The notes beneath the pieces are model-generated. The model worked only from the letters and a program-made list of their open reading frames with translations. It made no database searches and was not told the origin of the DNA. A stretch of 64,000 nucleotides of DNA from Camelus ferus (lineage: Eukaryota): assembly GCF_009834535.1 (NCBI RefSeq), contig NC_045697.1, positions 4,590,001 through 4,654,000 of the forward strand. Reading direction: 5' to 3'. Position 1 is the first letter of the stretch. The number at the start of each line of letters is the position of its first letter. Made by a program: the position numbers and the translations under genes. Below, one piece after another: positions 24,701 through 36,223 of the stretch.

Positions 24701-27403
24701 TCCTTCCTTTGCACTGGATATGAACCACAGAGGTCATGGGAACGCATCAGCCAAACAGCCTGGACAGCGAGGCCCCCGGGCTCATTGAGGGGTGTTTTCG
24801 GTTCAGTCCCAGACTCGGGGAGTGTCTTTTCAGCCGGGCCTGGCAGAGCTGGGTTCCAGTGACCTGTGAAATCTGGGCAGGAGGCTTTCATTCTCCCCCC
24901 GCTGGAACAGACCCAGGCACTTCCGCTTCACTGCGAGTATACCAGTTGGGCTGAACCGTTTGCTCACTAAGCACAAGGCATTGATGCAATCTTGCCTGGG
25001 GCTGTCCCCCCTCCTTTCCTTCCTCTGTCCCCTCCCCACCTCTCTCCTTCCACCTATGCCCTTCAACATTTTTTTGAGCATGTCCCAGGCCCTGGCTGGG
25101 CACCATGGTTGTCAGGGTTGAATCTGAACGTGGTCCCTGCCCGCAGGGGACTCACATGCTCCCAGGGGAGACAGATGCCTGGAACTGACTGCACCCCTAC
25201 TGGAAGGGTACCCAGGCGCTGGAGTAGCAATCTGATCTCCCCAGGTGGACTGGGATGGGGGGGCTCTTGCTCCGTGCACCCCATTACAAAGCTGCTGCAT
25301 CTGTCTCCCTAGTGTGACGCTGGGGAGGGGCCGCTTAGATGCATGCTGATTACAATGGTTAAAATTGCCTACTATTTCAAGGTTTACAAAACCGCAATGT
25401 TTTGACCGTCCTGGCAGCCTTATAGGGGGCCAACTGAAAAGAAAAAGGCTCAGAGGAGTTTGATGATGGTTTGAGCCAACACTTGAAGCCAGTCAGTTTG
25501 AGATGATACAGCCCAGGGTGGGACCTGGGTGTCAAGATCTGGCGCTGGAGAGCTTTTCAAACAGCACCTGGCACAGCGCGCACACCCAGCAATGCTGCCT
25601 CTTATCACTAGTCGCTATTTTCAAAGAAATGGAAGTTACACAGGGACCCCAGCTCCCCTGATTCCAGTCCTGCATCAGCGCCCCACCCCCGACCCCAAAA
25701 TGGGCGCCTCTGCCTGGGACCCAACGATTTCCATGCGACACCTGCTTGTCGCCACGCCTGGAGGCGTCGTGCAAGTCCTGTAAACACAGAGCAAAAGCTA
25801 CAGGCCATAAACATTCACGGGGCTATAAACCTACCACGTAAAAGTCGCCCGAATCTGCCCTGCTCTGGTGGCGCCCAATGACGTTCACTCACTGCAGGGT
25901 CGCTAATATTTCAGGCTGGTTATTGTGACAACAGCCCCTAATGATCCAACGTCTTCAGCACTGAATTACCCTTTGTTAGATGATAACAGAATAAGGTAGT
26001 TGGCTCAGGCTTTTGAACTTTTAACTCTCTCTCAATTTTATGGTGGTCTCTACTGATGGAGTCTTTGGGTTTGGCTCAAGCAGCGCTCCAGACAGCTTCC
26101 AGCTTCTGGAAGCTTCTAGAAACTTCTAGTTTCTACTAGAAATAGAATTTGTATTTACTCAAGACGTGCTTAGCAGACAGAAGCTTCCTCTCCCTAAGTG
26201 TCCCACTTTGATTTTTCTGTTTTGTAAATTTCTTGCCTTTCCTTCTGTCCTTTTGCTTCCAAGTCACTGTTATTAAAATGCAATCCACGTCTGAGTCAGT
26301 TCTCTTGGGCTTTTCAGAAGTGTATATTTCATATTGGCATCGAAGTCGAGAAAATTTAATGTTATTCCTAAAGGAAAAGCTACTTGCTTTTGCAAAACAA
26401 AATGTAAATTCCAGCTACCTTGGTGTTGGGTTTGGGATAAAGGAGTATTTACACAACTTCCAGCCTTGAAAATAAGGCAGATATTGGCTTGAAAAAAATG
26501 TTTGCTGACAGATGAGCCAGTGGCCTGAAAAATGTTCCTACCCTTTGACTGGGTAATAACCCTTGGGGAAGATCCTCTCCTTAGTTGGTCACTGAGACAC
26601 AAATATAACTAATTGCACAATTTATCACAATATGATTTATGACAGCAAGTTATTCAGGACGGTTTAAATGTCCAACTGCAGGAAATGGTTAAGTAAATGA
26701 CGATCTATCCCCTCAGTGAAATATCAGCCATTTAACATTCATGCAACACATATCTATTACGTGCTGACTGTGTACTAAGGACAGTGTTAGGAGGTGGGTA
26801 TACGATGATGAACCAGCAGATCATACAGCTGTTAATAATGGCTGCTGCAAACACGATGCCTTGAGGAAATCTTACAATGCTAAGTCAAAACGCTCGTGAA
26901 ATTTTATGATCTTGGTTCTGTGGAAAACACACATGCAAATGTATTTTCTGGGAAGCTGACTTATTTTCTGTTTTTTCCTATTTCCCCGAATATCTTTGTT
27001 TTTATCTATTTCCCCCAAATAGCCTAAGGTGCACATAAAAATTCTATAGTGGGGGAAAAAGTAATTTTTAAAAGGCATTTTAACGTATTAATTCGGAGGT
27101 GCCACTATAAGGAACTGTGTCTGTATGTCAGAAGTCATTGCCCCTTTAAAAGTGACATGGAAGGGTGTCCTCCACAGTAAGAACGGCTCCCGGCCCCAGG
27201 GAAATGTTTCATCACTGGGAAGTGTGGGAGGTTTGTGCATTCAGCTCATGCTTTGCCCACCCCTCTTTCTCCAGAAGCTCACGGAGAATCTCGCCTTCTC
27301 CACGTGCGCGGGGACCTGCCGGCTGCTTGCCTACAGCTCTCGGTCGGAGCAAACAAAGGTACTGCGTCTGCTCCCAGCATTCCCTGGTGCTGTCTGCACG
27401 CGC

Positions 27404-27405
<2 letters not shown>

Positions 27406-27459
<54 letters not shown>
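27406..27459. repeat. Long (GT)n microsatellite
   Basis: Directly visible. Confidence 0.97.
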
Positions 27460-27460
<1 letters not shown>

Positions 27461-28729
27461 TATGAGAGGGAGAGAGCCAGCCCACCAAAGATCTTTGTTT
27501 ATTGTTTACTGTTTTCACCTTTGACCTTGTAAGATTAACTACTCTGCGGTTCACATCCCAGGACCCTGCGTACGGTAGACACTCACTGAATATGAAAGTG
27601 AATTAAGACACATTGTTCAGGGAAATTTTGTGAACGAATTTTATATCTACTGTTGACTTAATGAGCTCCATCTCAGTTAAATGATCAGGTGTGTTATGAA
27701 CATTTAACGTTCATGGAAGATTGTAAACTTTACGTTCCTTAATGTTACAAGTTCCATGGGTTAATTTCAGCTCCACATTTGCAGACTTCTCCACTGAGCT
27801 GTAAGTGGGACTCAGGAGATGACAGGCAGGTCTCTGGTCCTGGCGGAGCTCAGGGTCCACTCAGGGATATTTACACAGCTGAAATCAGACAATGGTGATA
27901 TTGTGTGACCAGTGCTAAGAGCCAAAGGAAGGCGCCTGGCCCCGGACCGGCAGTGTAGTTGCGGAAGGTTTCCTGGACGAAGCCATGTCTAAGCTGAAAC
28001 ATAGAGACCGGAAAAGTTCTCAGGCAGAGGGCAGGGGTAGAAAGCAGGAAAGTTCTAGGTGGAGGGAACAAAATTTATAGGAGCCAGAGCCTAAAAAGAG
28101 GAGGAGTAGTTGAGTGTGGCTGGAGGGGGTGTGGTCAGGGGCTCAGTGATGGTCTGGAGAAGGCAGCAGGGTCTGGAAGACCTCCACTCTCGAGGCACCA
28201 GAGTCCTGACGGTGGCCCTGGACACATGCGGCCAACTCATGTGTTGCCAGGAGACCAGATTTGAGGTCCTGACGCCAAGTCAGCTCCGGATGATCCATCC
28301 TTTGGCTTCGAGGCACAGCTGGCTCCAGGGGACACGGCACACCAGTCCTTCTGCACCCCCCTTACCCTCCCAGGGCTCTCACAGTGCTCGTGGCCGCTGA
28401 CAGTGTGCCTCTGCTCCTGTCTGACTTCCCCTCTACAGTGGAGATCCCAGAGCTCAGGGCCTCCATGCATTTCACCTGAAAAGTGCACACTTAGAAAGCG
28501 CCCCCCAAATATTTATCGACTGAAGGAGTTAGAAAGTTAATGAATGGGCACTGGGCTTCCCCTAAGGCCAACGAGCAGGTGTCCCGGCTGGGTGGTCGTG
28601 GAGGGGGGTGTGTGTGGCATTTTCTACTTATGAACTGGCTTATTTCAATCGGCTTATTCAGCCCTTCCTTTGGCTCAGAAATGTGGTCTCCAGGTCAGAG
28701 GGTACGGACGCTCTGCTCGTTCATTCATT

Positions 28730-29200
28730 TTTTTTTTCATTGAGGTAAATAACGTAAACTTCATCATTCTAATCATTTTTAAGTTCACAGTTCAGTGGCT
28801 TTGAGCGTATTCACCATGTTGTGCAGCCATCACTGCTGTCTAATTTCAGAACCTGTTCATCATGCTAACAAGAAACCCCAGACCCTCTAAGCAGCCAGTC
28901 CCCATCCCCTGGTCCCCTCAGCTTCTCAAAACCACTAATCTTTTTTCCCGTCTCTGTGGATTTCATTCTTTTGGACATTTCTTTTAAAGTGAATCATAGC
29001 AAATCTGGTCTTTGGTGTCCAGCTTCTTTCACTCAGCACGGGGTTCCAAGGTTCACCCACGTTGCAACATCAGTCTCTCATCCCTTTTTATGGCTGAATA
29101 ATAATCCACTGTGTGCACAGGCCACGCTTTTTCATCCATTCATCAACTGATGGACATTTGAGTTTCTTCCATTTTTTGGACAATTATGAATATTTCAGTT
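28730..29200 (-). mobile_element. L1MB 3' end
   Basis: TTTTAAGTTCACAGTTCAGTGGCTTTGAGCGTATTCACCATGTTGTGCAGCCATCAC...CCATTCATCAACTGATGGACATTTG. Confidence 0.85.
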
Positions 29201-31610
29201 ACCAAATTAATACGTGCTTATTATGAAAACATAAACCCGACAGAAATACACACATACGGTAAAGGGAAAGTTCCCTTGAGCCCCGCCTCGTGACAACCAT
29301 CACCATCCATCCACAGGTGACTCTGCCTGACCGTCTTCCCTGCCTCTCTAAGTTTTGCTGAGAACGTTCCCCGAAGCTGCGGCTCTTCCCAGCTCGCCCA
29401 GGCCCCAAGACCTCGTGCCTAGCTTCCTTCGCCTCCCTAACACCATCTCACTTCCAACTCTCACGAGGTGTGGCCACCTCCAGAAGCCATGCCTGGTACC
29501 CAAGGAGGAGTCCTGAGCTGGCCTCGCCTTCCCCGGTCCCGTCCTCACCCTAAACCCTGGCAGGAGTGTCTGTCTCTCTTCGGTCTCCTCCCTAGGGCCA
29601 GGACCACACCTCCTTGTCTCTCTGAGACTACGGGGCCTCATGCTCAGAAAACGATTTGCTGAATATGGGATATGCAGGTCAGAGGCAGGTTGTCATAGAA
29701 ACCCAATTTGGGGATGCCTGGGACGGGGACCCGTCTGTTTGACGCAGCCACCCTTCTGTCAGCGTTTCCAGTGACAGATTGTTTGCCTATGGGATCGCCG
29801 GGAGCAGAACCTCCTTTGGTGCAGCCTTGCCCACAGGGTGACCATTGGCCTGCCTGGCCCTGTGGCCTTGGGTCAGGTTTATTTATATTCTGGTTCTCAG
29901 GAGGCAGAAGGAACAGTCACCATTTCCTACACAAGCCCCTGTGCTCCCCAGGCCCCCTCTGCCTGGAATAGCTTTTCACAAAGAAAACGGGACCCTGGGT
30001 CTTGGAGGTCATCCACACGGCTCCCCAGTGTACCTCATTTTCGTGCAGTTACAGTGGGAGGGGTTGCCTCCCCTCCACTTCTGCCCTGTCCTGTGCCTTC
30101 TCTCAGAATTCCCGCCACCAGCTGTTGCCCTCAAGCATTCCTGAACCCCTGGTTCCCGTGTCTCAGCCTAAACACAAACCAAAACAGAGAAGTCCCAGCT
30201 TTCCCAACCTCACTGTCCGGGTTCCTCCCTCGGCCACGCATGCAGGGTCTGTGCTCCCAGTGACCCCGCTTCCTGGCTCCCCTCTGCCTGGCTTCTCCAC
30301 AGCCCTGCCCCGCTCCTCAGACACCGCTCCCACCCCAACCTCCGTTTGGGCAGCCCCCAGACCACCTCCTGGCCCCCGTGGGCCTGGCCTCTCGCCTTGC
30401 TCGTACAGGAACCCCTGCTCAGAACGCTCTCCCCGGCCCCGACGCCGCCCTCTCCCGGTGGCACCCGCACACCTCTTCGCTGCCCCTTCCTTCCTGCCTC
30501 CTGATGCTCTTTCCCCTGGGGCTTGGTCCTCAGCCCGGCATCCGACCCCAGCCATACGGCCTTCCCGTTCCTTCAGTCCTGCCTCCTTCCTCGTCCTGCT
30601 CGGATGCCCCAGTGCATCTGAGACTCACCAGATCTAAAGCAGGGCGTTTATCTTCATCTGTAACGCGGCTCCTCTGATATTGTGTGAACCGGCAAGTGGA
30701 CAGCCGCTCCCTGCTGCTCACCCACGTTTACACAGACCCTCTGGTTCCGGGTTGCTGGCTGGGGGCCTCTGCCCCTCCTCCCTGAGGGAGGAGGCCCGGC
30801 CATTCCGATGGGCTGTTATTCGGGGGCCAGGCCCTGCCTACACACTGGGGGGTGCCCCCTCTGGCTCTGCGGTGGGCTTGCGCTTGCCCTTCCCAGATCC
30901 TCCCTTTACTGGCCCTGGGTCCTGTAACCCTTGGAGGCCATTTCCTCCTCTGTCCAAGGGGGTGACACCCAACCTCCACTCATGGGATGCTGAAGAGCCG
31001 TGCGGTTCCTAGGTGGTCACCGGTGTGCCCCTGAAACCTCAGACCCTGCCAAGCCGGAGAGTGTCCGCCTCCGTGTCCCCAGCCTCCGCACCGTGGTTTC
31101 TTCGCCTTGGGTTTCTCATCCAGAAGCTCCTGCTTCTCCTTCAGACCCAGCTCGAAAGTCACGGCCTCCAGGATCTTTCTCCTTACCTCTGCCACAGGCC
31201 ACACTGGCCCCTCCAGCCTCTGCCTCCACAGCTGAGGTGCACACGCCACCCTCTCACCCCAGCTGCTGCCAATGCCAGTACACCCAGCAAAGACCACCAG
31301 GAGCTTGCCAGTCACTACCAAGCTGGGTTCATTTCAGTGAGACGAAAGGATACCCACCACGGGGAATGTGGGACATCCAGTTAGAACACACTAGAAGGGT
31401 CTAACTGCAAGATTTGGGCTTCTGGGAGGTGGTTTGGGGGAGGGAGGTTTCAAGGAAGAAGGGCTTTGTTCTGGATTGGATGCTCTCAGGAAGCAGGGGT
31501 CCGTCTGTGGCTGAGCACCTCAATAAATTTCATCTCAAATCGGGGAAGACTTGATTGAGCAACAGTACGGATGCACTGGAGAAGCAGCAGCCCCCATGTG
31601 TAGTAGCCAA

Positions 31611-32077
31611 TGCAGAGTCAGGGTAACGGTCCCCACACATGTCCCAGGACCTGTGAGCGCATTATGACCCATGGCAAGGAAAACGAAGGTACCTAAACAG
31701 CCGACCTTCAGATGCAGAGACCATCCTGGTTATCTGGGTGGGCCCAGTGTCATCACTGAGATCCTTAAACGTGGACAAGGGAGGCGGGAGAAAAAGTGTC
31801 AGAGTGACACAGAATGAGAAGGACTCAACAGCCAATGGCTGGTTCTGAGGATGGAGGAAGGGGCCACCAGCCGAGGGATGTCTGGATTGGAAAAGGCAAG
31901 GAAATGCATTCTGCCCTGGAGCCTCCAGTGGAACACAGCCCAGCCGACACCTGGACTTTAGCCAGTGTGGCCCTTTTCAGGCTTCTGACCTCCAGAACGG
32001 TAGGAGAAAACATTTATGTGGTTTTGTGGCACCATGTTTGCAGTAATTTATTAGAGCGGCCCTAAGAGCTGAATGCA
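31611..32077 (+). mobile_element. MLT1D-like MaLR LTR with 5-bp TSD, nested in an older LTR-like sequence (~31320-32230)
   Basis: GGAAGGGGCCACCAGCCGAGGGATG, GGAAAAGGCAAGGAAATGCATTCTGCCCTGGAGCCTCCAG; flanks GCCAA (31606-31610) and GCCAG (32078-32082). Confidence 0.8.
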
Positions 32078-32827
32078 GCCAGGATAGGGGGCGCCTGGTC
32101 ATTTCTGTGGTTTGTGCCGACCCGGTTTAGCCTGTGCTTAAAGAAGGTGGCAGAGCGTTCCGGTTTGGGGTCTTGCTTCATCTCCGGTTTGATCTTGATG
32201 TTCTGCGAGGTGGCTTATGTTCACCAGGAGGGCACGTTGGCTGTGAGCACTGCCAGCTGCTGGCACCAGCCAGTGACAAGCCCAGGCCAGCCCCAGTCTC
32301 CAGGGCTGCCCTTCTCTTCCTCACCGCCTTGTAAATATGTATCCGCCTGTTCTCTGGAGTTGGCGGTCTCCTTTCTGCAGAGGGACCAACCCTCAAGCCC
32401 AGAGCTCTTGCATCCTAGGCGTTTAGCACTTCTGTCACTTTTACTCGGACATCTCTGAGACAGAGCACTCACAATTGCCACTGGCAGCCTAGTCCATTTC
32501 AAAAGACCTAGAATTCTTAGGAAAATCTTCATTCTTTAGAGCTGAAGTCATCCTTTTTAGGGTCTCTGAGAATAAGCATATTAAAAACAAAATTCAGATA
32601 GTATCAAGTCTAAAGATACATTTCACTTATGCTTCTTGAGGGGAAGCCTCCATATGTCTGGTCCGTGTCTATTGTCCACACATCACCACCGTGCTGCATG
32701 CTGAGCCCTGAACCGGTAGCACAAAGCAGTAAACCTGGAGTGTGACGCGTCAGGTAACAGCCCCTTGTCACCTTTCCTGAAATACACAATCCCCAAGGCA
32801 TCTGGCCCAGTGACAGGAGCACAGTGA

Positions 32828-33334
32828 TGTCGACTGAAAAATGCACAACCTACAAGTTGAGAGTTACATTGTATTCGGCAGACTTCCTGAAGACTTGAGC
32901 CAGGGACACAGCCTCTCAGATCGCTCTAAGAGACTATTCTGCCCAGGCAAGGGAGGAGCCAGGCTATATAGGAGCTTTTGTAACAAGGACCAGGTAGTCA
33001 GAACATCAAAAGATTACTGTTAATTAAAGAAAACCAGATTATCTCGAGTTAAGGAATTTAGCACCTTTCCAAATATGGGAAGCTGCAAAGGTCTGGGCTT
33101 GTTGAAATCATTGCTTTGATGTGCACCTTAGCTGTCCAAGGCCAGTCTCCTGTTCCTCCACATCCCGAGTTCCCTCAGGAGGCACCACTGGGGGTGGCAG
33201 CAGAGGCTGGGCTGCCTGCTTCTCCGCATCCTGAGTGCCCTTGGCTCACTGTCCGGGGTGGCAGTAGTGGCTGGTGACTCGATGGCCGCAGCACCCTTTG
33301 TTTACTGATACGGCTGCAGTATTTTTCATTCACA
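32828..33334. mobile_element. ERV1-type solo LTR (possibly MER41-related laurasiatherian family)
   Basis: TGTCGACTGAAAAATGCACAACC...TTTTTCATTCACA; TG...CA ends; flanks GTGA and GTGG. Confidence 0.75.
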
Positions 33335-33500
33335 GTGGATAATAATAGTAGCGACCCCGTGGGATTGTCAGGAGTATTAAATTCGTATTAGGTGAGTATT
33401 AAATTAATACTCAATGAGTATTAAATTGAGTATAAAATTAGTAAAACATATAAAGTGCCGGGCTCAGTGCTTGGCCCAGCGTTAGCACTCAGTACGTACC
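33335..33500 (+). mobile_element. MIR 3' half containing a palindromic insertion
   Basis: ATAATAATAGTA...GGGATTGTCAGGAGTATTAAA...TAAAGTGCCGGGCTCAGTGCTTGGC. Confidence 0.65.
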
Positions 33501-33547
33501 CACCACCCCCGCAGTCCTCAGCATCTCTCCTCAGCATCATTCTTACT

Positions 33548-33720
33548 AGACTTGGAGTCAGACAGAACCAGGTTCAAATTCCAGCTCACTTGCTTGCATC
33601 CTTGGGCAGGGTGCTTGACTTCTCTGAATAGCAGTTTCTCATCTGTAAAACAGGAATGATAATCGCCTGGCGTTGCTGCTGAGCTAATTAAATAAGCGGC
33701 ATGTGTGAAAGTAGAGAGAC
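33548..33720 (+). mobile_element. MIR SINE (head and core)
   Basis: TTGGAGTCAGACAGAACCAGGTTCAAATTCCAGCTC...CAGTTTCTCATCTGTAAAACAGG. Confidence 0.8.
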
Positions 33721-35875
33721 TAACAGCGTGTGGAGGACCAGCAGCCTGCGAGGGCGCACGTGAAACCCGGCCCCTTCCCTCCTGCGACAGGGAAGATCGC
33801 GAACACCCTCGGCAGAGCCGACCGTCGTCCTTCCTTGCAAATTTGTGTGCGATCCCAGGGAGATAATGTGCGGAAAGTGGTTTGGAAATGCTGAAGTGCT
33901 ATAAACATGCTTATGACGATTATGACTAATTAAAATCTAGGGCAGCCAGGAGAGAAGTATGGTGTGAAGTGAAGCTCTATCCTCCACCTTCAGAGGGTCT
34001 TTTAGAGACTCCGAGCGAGAAACATAACCAATTAAGAGACTGTGGGTCGAGACTCGGAGCGCGGAGGCTGTGGTCCAGCAGATTCCCTGGGTCCCTCCAC
34101 ACCTTCGACTCCTTGTGCATCCATCCATCCACTCAGCAAACATGCCACCAGTGTCCACCCTGTGCCCAGCACTCTGTGTGGGCCTGGTGCTGGAAGACAG
34201 CCCTGCTCCTGCTTCCAAAGTGCTGACAGAACACGTGTAAGACAGAAAATTGATGTATAAGCCTTTCCTGTGACCTCTATCAAGTTGCCCATCATATGCA
34301 GTGCCAGCCCTTTTGTGGGTTCATCCCCCACCCCTGCCCCCCAGACCACAAGCTCCTGAGGCCAGGGACTCTGTCTTGTCCCCTGCATATCCCCAACACC
34401 CAGCACAGGGCCTTGAACCTGGAAAGTGTGGCTGGATATGTCCAGAGGAACTAAATAAAAGCCAGTCACTGAGTAGTCAGGGACCAGGCGTTCATTCCCC
34501 GACCTGCAAGGCTATTCATTTGTCTTCCAACAAGGCTGGTGTCTGAGCGGGGCAGCCACTCTGACATCTTTCAATCTGCATTTTCTCTGGGTTCCCATCA
34601 GCTTCCCCCTTTTGCAGAAACCAGGCTGTTGGGGACCAAGCGCTGGGCTGTTTCTGCCTCCAGTTCCTGGTTCGCGCAGGGACTTCCACGTGGGATCACA
34701 GAGCTGTTCAGTTGCCTTTTGTGTCTGATGGAGGGGCTGAGCTCAGCTCCTCCCTGCCTCACGCCAGCTCTGCCCGTCCACGTTTTCTCAGCTCCCCGCA
34801 CCAGCCAACAGACTGCTCGTTCTTTAGAAGAGCAGTGCTTTTTATATCACTCCCATGTGCAAAATTACTTCTTGAATCTGTCTCACTGCTATCTGCAGGG
34901 AAAAGTCCAAACCCCTAAACTCGGCATTCGTAGCCTTTGCCACCCTCTCCAGTTTCCCTCCTCCTCCTCGCTCTCCAGTCCCACCTGCCCACACACATTC
35001 CCCTGCGGCTCCTGCTGAGACACGTTGTGCATTTCCCCACCCCATGTTTCTCTACAGCCCCCACCCCATTACGACCCCCTCCCGCCCGTGGATGCTGCCT
35101 CAAAAGCCACTTCTTCCTCCGAGGCTTCAGCAGGTTCCATCAGCAGGAAGCAGCCTGGGGCCCTGCGTGCCTCGCTTTACGTGTGCTGTCTCACTACCTG
35201 CAGCCCTGTGCCCATTACACAGATGTGCGTGTGCATATACTTCCCATGTGGTGTCGTCCCAGGGCCTCGGCTCCTCTGTCCGTGGGAGTCAGATCTCCTT
35301 TCCCCAAACCACCACTCAACTGGGGTGAGCCTTTGGCTTGTCTCTGAGGCCCCTCAGAGCATCTGCCTACCCAGGCAGTGCTAAGCGCCGCAGAACTGAC
35401 CAAAGAGTGAACGCAGGAGACTGGGTGGGAGGGAGCCCGTCACCCACCCACGGCGAGCGACCTCCCATCCCCACCGGGACGCTTCTCCTCTCCTAGGATT
35501 GTCTTTCGAGATGGAGGAGCCCAGAAATGGAGGGAAGGGGTCCCTTTCTGACCCCCACCCCAGCTCCTTCCCAGGTCTAAAAGTATCATCCAAATTAGCC
35601 GGCCCCATCCCATAGTTACCCTGACTTGTGGTCCAAGGGTCACTGTCCACTGTTTCTGCCCTTCGTGGGGCACAAGCTGAGGCTTACTAAGGGTTCAGCT
35701 GCTCTGCCCAAGGGGATCAGTTATCGGTCACCCGTGAAACTAACATCACATCTTTCTGGCTGATCAGTACGAAGTTGTGTACTTTGGGTCTGCTTTCATA
35801 GGACTTGCAGTTGAAACCCAAATTCAGCATTTACTCTCCTGCCCTCATCACGCAAGCTGGAACAAAATTCACAAC

Positions 35876-36223
35876 TGTGATGGACCGAATGTTCGTGTCC
35901 TCCAGATTCGTGTGTTGAAGCCCTACCCCACAATGTGATGGTTTCAGGAGGTGAACTTCGGAGAGGTATTTAGGTCTTGGGGGTGGAGCCCTCGTGAGTG
36001 GGATTAGTGCCCAGGGGGCTCCCTCACCCCTTCCGCCCGTGAGGACACAGCGGGAGGCCGGCAGTCTGCAAGATAGAAGAGGTCGCTCGCCACAACCCAG
36101 CCGTGCTGGCACCCTGATCGTGGGCCTCCAGCTTCCAGAACTGTGAGAAGGATGTTTCTGTGGTTTATAAGCTGCCCAGCCCAGGGTGCTTTTTGTAGCA
36201 GCCCGCCTGAGTGGGCTAAGATG
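35876..36223 (+). mobile_element. MLT1A-like MaLR LTR
   Basis: TGTGATGGACCGAATGTTCGTGTCCTCCAGATTC...CTCCAGCTTCCAGAACTGTGAGAA...GCTAAGA. Confidence 0.85.

Noticed and set aside
30002..30677. Pro/Ser-rich 211-aa ORF and neighbours
   Set aside because: C-rich, likely degenerate L2-type sequence; no domain or convincing splice structure.
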